From the NCBI GenBank assembly GCA_963691875.1, contig OY829846.1:4256001-4320000 (forward strand): a stretch of 64,000 bases of DNA, given 5' to 3'. The notes beneath the pieces are model-generated. The model was given only the letters and a program-made list of their open reading frames with translations. It was not told the DNA's origin and searched no databases. The position numbers and the translations under genes were made by a program. Position 1 is the first letter of the stretch, and the number at the start of each line of letters is the position of its first letter. Shown piece after piece: positions 49,495-59,185 of this stretch. The stretch is from Aureliella sp. (lineage in GTDB: Bacteria > Planctomycetota > Planctomycetia > Pirellulales > Pirellulaceae).

Positions 49495-50418
49495 TCACGA
49501 ATACTGAATCCGAGATCCCAGCGTGTATTGTCCCGCCGTCTTGGTTGCGGACTGCTTGTTAGCATCGAACTGAACATCGATGCGGCCGAGTCGCACGCCA
49601 AAACAGCCGACTTGTTGGATCATGGTCGGATTCTTCTTTGGATCTTCCACTATCTTGGGTTCATCAAGAAAGGTGTGCGTGTGACCTCCGAGGATAACGT
49701 CGAGCCCGGCGACTTCGGCGGCCAGGTTGATATCGCCAACGGAGTCACGGCGGTAGCGATGTCCGAGGTGCGAGAGACAGACGATCAGGTGGCATCCATC
49801 ATTGCGGAGTCCTTCAACAATATTGCGAGCCACTAAGATCGGGTCTTCATAGGAGATACCTTTGTGAGCAGAATACAGGACGAGACCATCGAAATCGATG
49901 CCCAGTCCGAAGATGCCGACTTTGAAGTCACCGAACTGCCGGGTCGTGTACGGCTTCACGTGCTTGGCCAGCGGCGAGCCAGCCATCTCGTAGTTGGCGC
50001 ACACAAACTCAAATTTAGCGTGGGGCATGGGTTTCAGTAAGCCAGCAACGCCATTGTCAAACTCGTGATTGCCCAAAGTAGCGACATCGTAGCCCATGGC
50101 CGACATGACTTTAAATTCGACCTCACCGGCAAAGAGATTGTAATAGGGTGTTCCTTGCAGAATGTCGCCGCTGTCCAGCAACAGTACGTTCTTGTTCTCT
50201 TGGCGTATCTTTTTTATCAATTTGGCTCGGCGTGCTGCGCCTCCAAGCCCTGCATTTCTCGAGTACAGCTTCGAGAGTGGGTCGAGGTGGGAATGGGTGT
50301 CGTTCGTATGAAGAATCACCAAGGACTCAGGCTTGCCCGTGACAGCACTCGCTGATGTCGAGGCACCGATGGTAGCCGTGGCGGCTACCGACTGAATGAA
50401 ATGTCGTCGTTTTAGCAT
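49495..50418 (-). CDS. 5'-nucleotidase metallophosphoesterase (catalytic) half, Tat-exported
   Basis: KRRHFI Tat motif, HTNDTHS, LLDSGD, GNHEFD, LSHLG, GGHTH. Confidence 0.93.
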   Translation of the reverse strand: MLKRRHFIQSVAATATIGASTSASAVTGKPESLVILHTNDTHSHLDPLSKLYSRNAGLGGAARRAKLIKKIRQENKNVLLLDSGDILQGTPYYNLFAGEVEFKVMSAMGYDVATLGNHEFDNGVAGLLKPMPHAKFEFVCANYEMAGSPLAKHVKPYTTRQFGDFKVGIFGLGIDFDGLVLYSAHKGISYEDPILVARNIVEGLRNDGCHLIVCLSHLGHRYRRDSVGDINLAAEVAGLDVILGGHTHTFLDEPKIVEDPKKNPTMIQQVGCFGVRLGRIDVQFDANKQSATKTAGQYTLGSRIQYS

Positions 50419-50421
50419 CGG

Positions 50422-51276
50422 TTATTCTCCTGATTCTTTCCCGAGACTGACTCGGCCATCGAGCACGGAGGGAATATTCTTCATTTGACGAATGCGTTTG
50501 ATCATGATTTCTCGTAAGAACAGCTTGCCGTCTTTTCGTTCCGAAGCTTCTTGTAGGACGGCAAATTCGTCGCCAATCCCGGCGAGGTAATCCAGAGTCG
50601 CGAGTTTATAGGTAGCTTCTGGTTCGAGAGATTTTCCACCGATCTTAATCTTGGTGGCGGTCCAACTGTTTTTTTTATCGGTCGTGTTGGTTTTCTGGAG
50701 TTCGTACACCACGCCCGAAATTACCTCTCCTTGTTTATCAGCAAGTGATTGAATCAACGATTCAATTTGGCTTCCGGTCAGTGTCAAAACCACAATCCGA
50801 TTGTCAAAGGGTACTAGTTGATAAATGTCAGCGACTGTGATCGGGCCGGCAGGAAGTTCCGGAAGGCGGATACCACCCCGGTTCATCAAAGAGATTTTGG
50901 TTTCTGGGTCGAGATTCTCTTTCGAATAATTGAGGATCGAATCGGCAATCAAATTCCCCAGTGGACTCTCTGGCCGTCCCCGGTCGATTATTGTGTCGGC
51001 AATTCCAATCTCTTCGTCCATGACCGCTTGAAGCTTCTCGCGATAAGGCTGAATGATTGCGTCTATTTCCGCGTCGATTCCTGATGCGTCGTCGACCTCA
51101 GACCAGTTGGCGTTGATTGCAGGCTGAGATGGTGCTTGCTGTGCTTCGTTGGTGTAATCTTCAGAGGGTTTTGTGGCGTCTTTGGTTTTCAGCGCACCCT
51201 TAGCTTTGCATCCAAGTGTTGCAACACAAAGAAGAATGGCGGCAAGAATGAATGCGCAGGTGTGACGAATCTTCAC
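50422..51276 (-). CDS. 5'-nucleotidase C-terminal (substrate-binding) half, lipoprotein
   Basis: Lipobox TLGC, PESPLGNLIAD, NRGGIR, PFDN, YKLATLDYLA, DGR. Confidence 0.92.
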   Translation of the reverse strand: MKIRHTCAFILAAILLCVATLGCKAKGALKTKDATKPSEDYTNEAQQAPSQPAINANWSEVDDASGIDAEIDAIIQPYREKLQAVMDEEIGIADTIIDRGRPESPLGNLIADSILNYSKENLDPETKISLMNRGGIRLPELPAGPITVADIYQLVPFDNRIVVLTLTGSQIESLIQSLADKQGEVISGVVYELQKTNTTDKKNSWTATKIKIGGKSLEPEATYKLATLDYLAGIGDEFAVLQEASERKDGKLFLREIMIKRIRQMKNIPSVLDGRVSLGKESGE

Positions 51277-51620
51277 GGTATTGAAATCTCACAAATGACA
51301 TGTTCGACGAGAGTATGCGGTATTATCCCTGAGCGTTCCAATTCTTGGTAGGCGTAACGATCTCGGCGCCAGTACGGCATGAGCAGCTCGTATTCACTCC
51401 TTACGTTGCGGTACCAGCGCTGCGCTCTTTAGCGTCTATGGCATTAGCTTGGTCAAGCTTCTATCGTTGTTCTTTGTATTTGTGGCGATGCTAATTGGGC
51501 TTCGTCGGAGCCGGTTCCGGTCGCTCGCCCCGCACTTCGCGCAGCGAGATCGACGTCCGATACAGGCGTAGCGATGGGCCAATGGAGACACTTTGTTGGT
51601 GAGGTTGGAGGGAGCTCTTT

Positions 51621-52226
51621 TATGTAATTTTCTTGCAACGCATCTGGTTGAACTAACATTATGTACGCCCTCGAACTTGTGATCCGCGCGAAAACCTCTA
51701 TTCGCTGGTCATGGCCGATGCTCCTGTTGCAGTAAGGTTGTACCCGCAGGGACGGTTCATTCGGCGGCCTAACGAAGGTCACGTGGCCAAGGCCTTCGTC
51801 CAACAATCTGCTATCTCGGCCTCTATCTTTGACTCTTGACGTAGTATGGTGTTCCGTACTGGAAACGCAACAATCAGGCTGCCTTGGAGGCAGCCGGGAT
51901 CTGGTAGGTGTGACCATCGCGTAAAATGGCCTAGATTACTAACAGTGATCGGCGTGCGATCGCAAAGGTCGCCTTCTTGTTGCCAATCTGAGCAGCCAAT
52001 TCTTCGAATACGTTTCTCCAGCGAGCTGTAGTGGCTTTTCATTCGGTGAGCCACCAACTGAATCATGATTCATCGCGGCAGAGGCGAACCGGCTTTGTTA
52101 GACGCGACTTCTTACGTCGATCGTCACTCTCGCGTACTCCCGGTTCAAGACCACCGAATTACACCACAGGTCTGCATTGGTAAAGCGTCGCCAGTCACCG
52201 AGCTCTGCTACAAACATATGGGCGGT
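51621..52226 (-). mobile_element. IS110-family element remnant: degraded transposase C-terminus (51874-52226) plus putative 3' non-coding end
   Basis: Stitching minus-strand frames gives TAHMFVAELGDWRRFTNAD / VV*FGGLEPGVRESDDRRKKSRLTK / GSPLPR*IMIQL / ARWRNVFEELAAQIGNKKATFAIARRSLLVI*AILRDGHTYQIPAASKAA*, the Transposase_20 pattern. The lower boundary is a guess. Confidence 0.8.
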
Positions 52227-52311
52227 TGCGTTTTGTCGAGTTCTTCGCGAAGCAAGTCTTCTCATCTCAAAATAAGAACCCCGGAACCACACGTCGCCTC
52301 ACATCGGATAC

Positions 52312-53808
52312 TCACGGCTTCCATGGAGTCTTACCGTCTTTAGGCTGGAGGAACTTGGCATCCACTTCTTGGTACCACTTGTGGAGTTTGGTTCGCATGG
52401 CTTTAACACGCTCGGGCATCTGGTTGGCCAAGTCGTTCTGTTCGCTTACGTCTTGAGACAGGTCATAAAGGTGGACTCTCCCATCTTCATAGCGCTCAAA
52501 TAGCTTGAAGTTGCCTGAGCGAATGGCACCGCCAGGGATTCCACCTTGGTTGCTGTAGTGTGGATAGTGCCAGTATAGAGCGTCACGTTGAAGCTTGCCC
52601 CCTTTCAGAGCAGGCAGAAGGTCGATCCCATCGATGTTGTGTTGCAGTTCGACTCCTGCGGCGTTGGCGACAGTAGGGTAGAGGTCGATGGAACACATGA
52701 TTTCGTTGGACTGGGTGCCAGGTTTTACAACACCTGGATATCGCACAATCCATGGCTCGCGGATACCGCCTTCATAGACCCAGCCCTTACCGCCACGCAA
52801 CGGCAAGTTACACGTAGGCGATCCTTCGCTGGTCGACAAGCCACCGTTGTCCGACGTGAAGATCACCATCGTGTGTTCCGCGACACCAGCCTCTTCGATA
52901 GCATCCAAGACGTTTCCTACAGCAGCATCCATGGCCTCGACCATCGCACCGTAAACTGCGTGTTTTTGAAGGATGCGGACTTTTCGGTCTTTGCCGTTGG
53001 GAAAGATTTGTTCTTCGTCGGCAAATTCTTCTCCAAAGACTTTCTCAGCCTTTTTGCGGTACTTTGCGACCAAATCAGGTCGGCCCATCAAGGGCGTATG
53101 AACAGAATAGAAAGAAAGGTAGGTCAAAAAGGGCTCATCTTTGTGTGCCTTGATGAAACTCGCCGCTTCGCGTGAGAGCCTTGCTGGTAAGTGCTCTCCC
53201 TCCGGGCTTTCTTCTTTCATCTGTGGATTTTCGAACGGTGCAAAGTACTTCTTACCCGTGTAGGGTCCACCCTTTACGTGACCTCCGATGTTGACATCGA
53301 ATCCACGATTTTGTGGGAAGTACTCTTCCGACGGTCCGAGATGCCACTTGCCCGCAAAGAAGGTTGAGTAGCCTTTTTGCTTGAGCATCTGTGCTAACGT
53401 GATCTCGCTGAGAGGCATCTTGTTACTTAGTGGTGCTGGATTATAGGTGCCTGAGCGTCTGCCGCTGAAGAAGTTTGTTGCGTCGACACGCGAGGGATAC
53501 TTGCCGGTCATCAAACTGTAACGTGTCGGTGAGCACACAGGATTCGCTGCATAGCCATCGGTAAATCGCATTCCGCTGGCGGCCAAACGATCGACATTGG
53601 GTGTTTCGTAAAAGCAGTTCGGGTTGTTGGCACCGACATCCATATAGCCCAGGTCATCGACTAGGATCACCACGAAGTTCATGGGCTTCGCGCGAGCTGA
53701 GCTGGTCGGTTCGGCAGCTTGGGCCAGATTGGCGACAAGATAACCAAGGGTAGCACAGAAGAAAAATAGAATTCGACAGTTATTGATTGAGTTCAAATGA
53801 CTAACCAC
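52312..53808 (-). CDS. Family S1 (formylglycine-dependent) sulfatase
   Basis: NFVVILVDDLG, CSPTR (CxPxR), GKWHLG, SDNGG, KGWVYEGGIR. Has a signal peptide. Confidence 0.97.
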   Translation of the reverse strand: MVSHLNSINNCRILFFFCATLGYLVANLAQAAEPTSSARAKPMNFVVILVDDLGYMDVGANNPNCFYETPNVDRLAASGMRFTDGYAANPVCSPTRYSLMTGKYPSRVDATNFFSGRRSGTYNPAPLSNKMPLSEITLAQMLKQKGYSTFFAGKWHLGPSEEYFPQNRGFDVNIGGHVKGGPYTGKKYFAPFENPQMKEESPEGEHLPARLSREAASFIKAHKDEPFLTYLSFYSVHTPLMGRPDLVAKYRKKAEKVFGEEFADEEQIFPNGKDRKVRILQKHAVYGAMVEAMDAAVGNVLDAIEEAGVAEHTMVIFTSDNGGLSTSEGSPTCNLPLRGGKGWVYEGGIREPWIVRYPGVVKPGTQSNEIMCSIDLYPTVANAAGVELQHNIDGIDLLPALKGGKLQRDALYWHYPHYSNQGGIPGGAIRSGNFKLFERYEDGRVHLYDLSQDVSEQNDLANQMPERVKAMRTKLHKWYQEVDAKFLQPKDGKTPWKP

Positions 53809-53980
53809 GGCATTTCTTCAGATCAAGGACAGTTATTTCCACTAACGCATAGATACTACCTTGAGCGAAATTCAAAATCCAGCTGAGGCTGTGGCGAGAG
53901 CGGTGGCGCGTTGCTGTTACGGCCCGCTGCTGGTGCTACTCTCCGGGGATCATCTCTGGTTCTAGTAGCAGTGTAGGCCG

Positions 53981-55558
53981 TCACTGGTTCTCTACAGGGC
54001 TTGCCTTGAGCCCCGCTGGAACGAAAAAACGTTCGCTACAACTAAATCCCCATTGAACCAGGAGAGCCATGGCGGCCGCTGGTACAGCACCTTGGAGAAT
54101 TAGCCTCATGTCGTCAAGTCGAATGCCTGTGAGGATTGGCTGTCCGTAGCCACCAGCACCGATGAGGGCACCGATGGTGGCGGTGCCAACATTGATCACT
54201 GCAGCGGTCTTAATTCCAGAGAGAATCGCTTGCGATGCAAGAGGAAGTTCTATCAGCCGAAGCTTTGCCCAGCCTGATAGCCCAAGTGCCATCGCCGACT
54301 CATGAATGCCCGGTGCAATACTTGTTAGACCAGTGTGTGTGCCACGCACAATGGGGAGTAAGCTGTAGAGGAACAATGCAACAATCGCAGGCTGTGGGCC
54401 CAGCTCCATGTTGGCAAGAGTGATCAGAAATACCATCAACGCAAGAGAAGGGATGGTTTGAATGACGCCAACGAAGGATAGTATTGCTTCGCCAAGCCTT
54501 GGGGCTTTGTACGCAGCGATACCAAGTGGTATCGCGAAGATGATTGCCAGTGCAAGGGAAATCACTACGAGCCGCTGGTGTTCTATTGAGCGGATGAAGA
54601 CTTCTTGGTAGACGGATTTCTCTTTGTTTCGGTCGACCGTGTCGGGCTTGTCATTGTCTTTTAGAAATTGCAGCGCAACCTTGGCTTCTGAAGCTTTGTC
54701 AATGCGCACAGATTTGTTCATTGCCGTCATCTGGTTTTCATTGATCTTGCCCGCGAGTTTTTCGAAGGCTTCCACGACGGCGGGATGTTTTTCCCTCAGT
54801 TCGGTCCGGTAAAGTACGACAGCTTCGTATCGAGGAAAGTATTCTCGGCGGTCATCTAGAATGCGCAGGTCGTACGCAGCGATTTCAGCGTCCGTGGAAT
54901 ACAGGTCGATGACGTCGATCGCGCCTTCAAATACACCTCGGTAAGAAAGGCTGTGATCGAGTGTTTGCACCGAAGTAGGGTTGAGACCGTAGCGGTTCTT
55001 GAGTCCCTCCCAGCCATCGGGACGTTGGGCGAATTCATCGGAAAAACCGAAGCGAAGGTCGCTATGCTCCGTAAGGTCGGCAATAGACTGGATGCCTAGC
55101 GTTTCAGCTTGCTCGCTCCGCATGCCGAGTGCGTAGGTATTGTTGAATCCCAGCGGAGCTGACATCGTGATTCCATCTTGTAGCAGTCGCCCTGCCATGC
55201 TTTGCAAGCTGTTGACATCCTCGTTCTTTAGGATCTCTTCCTGAATCGTTCCGCTGTATTCGACGTAAGCATCAATTTCGCCTTTCTTCAGAGCGTTCCA
55301 GAGCACTTGGGTACCACTAAGTTCTTTTCGGTGCTTGCAAAGAACACCAACATTGTCCGACTGGAGACGCAAGACCTCACCCAGGATGACTGATTCCGTA
55401 AAAGCCTTTGAGCCGACGGTGATTTTCGATGCTTTACTTTCGTTAAGGTCAGTAATTCCTGGCATGAAGAGCAATGCGAAGTAGGCTAAACCAAGCACGG
55501 CGAAGCCTAAGAGGCGAAATCGTGAGGCAATAGAACTGGAGCGAGATGCGTATGACAT
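53981..55558 (-). CDS. Osmoprotectant (glycine betaine/choline class) ABC transporter, fused substrate-binding protein + permease
   Basis: SBP: VGSKAFTESVILGE, EYSGT, GFNNTYAL, YSTD. Permease: QTIPSLAL, ESAMALG, IELPLA, IGAGGYG. Confidence 0.92.
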   Translation of the reverse strand: MSYASRSSSIASRFRLLGFAVLGLAYFALLFMPGITDLNESKASKITVGSKAFTESVILGEVLRLQSDNVGVLCKHRKELSGTQVLWNALKKGEIDAYVEYSGTIQEEILKNEDVNSLQSMAGRLLQDGITMSAPLGFNNTYALGMRSEQAETLGIQSIADLTEHSDLRFGFSDEFAQRPDGWEGLKNRYGLNPTSVQTLDHSLSYRGVFEGAIDVIDLYSTDAEIAAYDLRILDDRREYFPRYEAVVLYRTELREKHPAVVEAFEKLAGKINENQMTAMNKSVRIDKASEAKVALQFLKDNDKPDTVDRNKEKSVYQEVFIRSIEHQRLVVISLALAIIFAIPLGIAAYKAPRLGEAILSFVGVIQTIPSLALMVFLITLANMELGPQPAIVALFLYSLLPIVRGTHTGLTSIAPGIHESAMALGLSGWAKLRLIELPLASQAILSGIKTAAVINVGTATIGALIGAGGYGQPILTGIRLDDMRLILQGAVPAAAMALLVQWGFSCSERFFVPAGLKASPVENQ

Positions 55559-55971
55559 CGGAAGTTGCTTCGCTGGATTGCAGCTATTGTTTGGTTTGAG
55601 TTGAACCGGAGTGGCTTCTTTTGTGCCCCTCGGCATCAAGGTTCGCTAGAGCAAAGCGGCCAGTTCCAGCACGGCTCTGCAGGTATGACGTGAACGATCT
55701 TTGGTCGTCCGTATAGAGCAAGATGCCATGAATTCTATGATCTTTGCGCCCTATCGGGTGAATGTTCTAGCCGAGAGAGAGTCAAAGCCGGCTTTAGGTG
55801 GTCGTTTGCGGCTTTCAAGGCGTATCTGTCTTGGCATCGGCTATCGAAAAAGGCGTGTTTTTGCTAGAGTCAGGTCCTCTATTTCCCAGTGAGTTGACTT
55901 TGGGGTAAGCAAATTTCCAAAAGCTCGGAATAACGTCCTCCCCCGCAAGATCTGCATTTCCTAGTAAGCAC

Positions 55972-57069
55972 ATGGTAACTCTCTACGTAACTTTCGTCGC
56001 TCTTTCAGCCGTAATCGTGGCGGCTGCGATGTTGCTGGCGAAATTTGGTGATGAGATTTCCGATCAGACAGGCCTAGGCGGTTCCGTTACAGGCCTTGTC
56101 TTACTAGCAGGCGCTACAAGCCTGCCAGAGCTATCGGTTGGTTACTCAGCGATTCAGCTGCCTGGTGGCGGCGAAGATCTCACGGCGGGCGGTGTTTTAG
56201 GTAGCTCGCTAGTCAACTTGTTGATTTTGGCTTTGGTCGATCTAATTTCTCGCAAGCCGGGACATATCCTCACGCGTTCCGCAGCAGAGCATGCTTTGAG
56301 TGCGACTGTGGGGGCTCTTTTGACGGGGCTGATTCTCCTCGGGATTCTGCTAGACAATCCATGGCAGTTTTGGGCTGTCGGTCCTTGTAGTTGGGCTGTC
56401 ATCATTGTCTACGGTATTTGTGCTCGCTTGATCTACTTGGATGAGCGACTGAGTGCTGAGGATAGAGAGTCAGACGACGACGAGAAGGTTGAGAAAAGCG
56501 TTAGCAAGCTGTTATTGAGCTTTGGGGGCTTCATTGCTGCAACGGCCGTTATTTTTGTCGTCGCCCCCATGGTTGCGTCAAGAGCCGACGAGATCGCAGC
56601 TGTCACCGGCTTGGGGCAGACTTTTATTGGAACGCTTCTCGTTGCTACGGTGACTTCACTACCGGAAGCCGTAGCTACCATCGCTGCTGTTCGATTGGGT
56701 GCGGTGGACATGGCGATTGGTAATATCTTTGGTAGCAACGCGTTCAACATGGTTATCTTTGCAGTGCTGGACTTCGCTACAGATGGATCCATCTTGGATA
56801 CCGTCTCAGAGACGCATGCTATCACCGCCGCATGCGTGTTGATCACGACGGCAATCGGGCTCATGTGCATTCTCTACAAGCCAGCAAAGCGTTGGTGGCT
56901 GTTTGAGCCGGATGCAGCGTTGATTGCGATGTTCGTCGTTTTAGCGCTTTATCTGGTGTATTTAAAGGGGCAAACGTCTGACGCAGTTGAGGTTGTACCT
57001 CAAAACTCTTCCATGTCTTCGCCAGAGAATGGCTCACCATCGCTTGAGCCCGCGCCGGGTGTAAGCTAG
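55972..57069 (+). CDS. Sodium:calcium antiporter (CaCA family)
   Basis: Two alpha repeats: GATSLPEL...GGVLGSS and VTSLPEA...GNIFGSNAFN. Confidence 0.93.
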   Translation: MVTLYVTFVALSAVIVAAAMLLAKFGDEISDQTGLGGSVTGLVLLAGATSLPELSVGYSAIQLPGGGEDLTAGGVLGSSLVNLLILALVDLISRKPGHILTRSAAEHALSATVGALLTGLILLGILLDNPWQFWAVGPCSWAVIIVYGICARLIYLDERLSAEDRESDDDEKVEKSVSKLLLSFGGFIAATAVIFVVAPMVASRADEIAAVTGLGQTFIGTLLVATVTSLPEAVATIAAVRLGAVDMAIGNIFGSNAFNMVIFAVLDFATDGSILDTVSETHAITAACVLITTAIGLMCILYKPAKRWWLFEPDAALIAMFVVLALYLVYLKGQTSDAVEVVPQNSSMSSPENGSPSLEPAPGVS

Positions 57070-57176
57070 AGCTGCGGCGCACTAGCAGAAGAACGTTGAA
57101 CGATCCGAAGTTTGCCGAGCGTTGCGCTCATCGTAGCACGCGCAGCTGTCTTCGCGATACGACGTGTCGTTTCGCA

Positions 57177-58919
57177 CTAAATGACTTGTACTGAGCTAGG
57201 TACTCGCGGATCCGAGGCTGCTTCTATTATCCCATCTTGAATCGAAAGGCCTTGAGAAACAGCGGCTGATCGGATTCTTGCAATATTGTGTCCAAATCGT
57301 GCGAGTTGCTCTACAACCTCGTCCTTTATTGCATTCTCGCAGACGGCTGTATCAGGCGACCATTGGTGGTGTGCGCGAGCCGAAGAGATTGCTTCGTCAA
57401 TTGATTGCCCAAGATCTAGAACTTGGACTAGCACCTGTAGTACGGTGGTGATGATCTTGGGACCGCCAGCGGCGCCACATGAGAGAATTGGAGCGCCGGA
57501 GTGATCGAGTACAATCGTTGGGCTCATGCTAGAAAGAGGGCGTTTTCCGGGCGCGATCAAGTTGGCTTCTGAGCCCAGCAGTCCGAAGGCATTTCGAACA
57601 CCTGGAGCGATGCTGAAATCGTCCAGTTCATTGTTCAGCACAACACCTGTACCGGGAACGATCATCTTGTTTCCAAATGTTGTATTGACGGTTTGAGTGA
57701 TCGCGACGACGTTACCTTCAGCGTCGGCTGTGGTCAAATGAGTGGTATGACCGCCCTTGCCGAAGAGGTCGATATCGGCCCGCGGCGGCTGGCCATGGCT
57801 GTCAATCTTCGAGGTTTGATCTAGCTTGATGCCCGCCGCTCGTTCGCGAAGATAGCTTCGGTCAAGCAAGCCAAGTGGGACTTTTGCAAAGTCGGAGTCA
57901 CCCAGCCAGTATGCTCGATCTGCCATCGCCCGCTTCATCACTTCCAGGAGCAAGTGTCGCCCCGTTGCTGCGGACTTGTTGAAAGTTTCCTTCACGTCGA
58001 AACCAGAGAGCATGCCGAGCATCTGGGCAATATGAATTCCGCCGGAGCTCGGTGGAGGGAATCCATAAACTCGATTGCCTCGATAATTAGAGTTGATAGG
58101 TTCACGAAGGACTGTGTTGTATTCTGCGAAGTCGGAGGCCTGCATCACGCCGCCTTGTTCGGCTAAGAATCTACCAGTGACTTCCGCAAACTCACCCTGG
58201 TAAAACCACTCGACACCTTTATCGGCCAAGTTAGTGAGTGTCTTTCCTAAGTCTTTCTGAACTAGCTTGTGCCCTGGCTGCCAAGGTGAGCCGCCCGAAT
58301 CGAGCAAGATCTTTGCCGAGGGCGGAAACCGCTTGAGGCTCTTGGCAACAAGACGAAGGCGGCGCACGTAGTTTTCGTCGAGAACAAAGCCTTGAGAGGC
58401 GACTTCGGCTGCGCCCGCGAAGCCATTGGCCAACGTTAGTTTGCCGTGGCTGGAGGTGAGCCGATCGAGAGCAGCCAGCAGCCCAGGGACTCCTGCGGCA
58501 AGCGGTCCAACTTGAGATAACTTGGGATCGGGTTTGCCGTTGCGATAGAACATCTCCGGTTTTGCCAGGGCGGGGGCTTTTTCCCGGCCATCTAAGGCCA
58601 GAATCTTGCCATCAGCGGTCCGGATCATTGCAAGGCAGCCGCCGCCAATTCCCGAATTGAACCCGTCGACGACGGTTAGCATGATGGAAGCCGCAGCAGC
58701 TGCATCAATCGCATTTCCTCCTTGACGAAAGGCTTCGATGGCAGCGCGACTTGCGATAGGGTGCACCGTCGCTACGGCGCCTTCCTTGCTCGTTCCCGTG
58801 CGCTTCGAGCCGGTGACTTGCGAGTTTGAATCTTGGGCTAAAGAAAAGCTAGAAGTAAAGGGCAGGGAGCTCAGGGCAGCGCCGTGGGCGAGGAAGTGTC
58901 GGCGATCAACAATCGACAT
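57177..58919 (-). CDS. ggt: Gamma-glutamyltransferase, Tat-exported
   Basis: DRRHFL, GGNAIDAA, SGIGGG, DGRE, PPPSSGG, autocatalytic HTTH, LNNELDDF, PGKRPLSSMSP. Confidence 0.96.
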   Translation of the reverse strand: MSIVDRRHFLAHGAALSSLPFTSSFSLAQDSNSQVTGSKRTGTSKEGAVATVHPIASRAAIEAFRQGGNAIDAAAAASIMLTVVDGFNSGIGGGCLAMIRTADGKILALDGREKAPALAKPEMFYRNGKPDPKLSQVGPLAAGVPGLLAALDRLTSSHGKLTLANGFAGAAEVASQGFVLDENYVRRLRLVAKSLKRFPPSAKILLDSGGSPWQPGHKLVQKDLGKTLTNLADKGVEWFYQGEFAEVTGRFLAEQGGVMQASDFAEYNTVLREPINSNYRGNRVYGFPPPSSGGIHIAQMLGMLSGFDVKETFNKSAATGRHLLLEVMKRAMADRAYWLGDSDFAKVPLGLLDRSYLRERAAGIKLDQTSKIDSHGQPPRADIDLFGKGGHTTHLTTADAEGNVVAITQTVNTTFGNKMIVPGTGVVLNNELDDFSIAPGVRNAFGLLGSEANLIAPGKRPLSSMSPTIVLDHSGAPILSCGAAGGPKIITTVLQVLVQVLDLGQSIDEAISSARAHHQWSPDTAVCENAIKDEVVEQLARFGHNIARIRSAAVSQGLSIQDGIIEAASDPRVPSSVQVI

Positions 58920-59185
58920 ACTTGTCTCCAAAGATTCTGTGAAGCTAGCCAAGCAGCTTGGTTGGCTACGTACAGCTTACACACAGAACAACGGCTGCCA
59001 AAGTCATCGATTGCACGATCAATCGGAGCGTGTGTCTTTCCTCACCTAGCTGAAGTCATTAAGACTTTAGGCAAAAGAAAAGGTTACGAATTCGAGCAAA
59101 GCTCGGCATGCCACTGGACCCAAGCGGGTACCTGGAATGCAAGCAACTTAGCGCGTACCTGGGGGAGAAATTCTGGAGAATTCCA

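Noticed and set aside
51400..51571. Hydrophobic plus-strand frame (SVYGISLVKLLSLFFVFVAMLIGLRR)
   Set aside because: No convincing start or RBS and no recognisable family. It may be a gene remnant but cannot be supported.
51453..52343. ORF-track ORFs 51453-51917, 51779-52066, 52065-52343 and 52098-52292 as real genes
   Set aside because: They are chance frames or fragments overlapping the IS110 relic. Only short parts carry transposase sequence.
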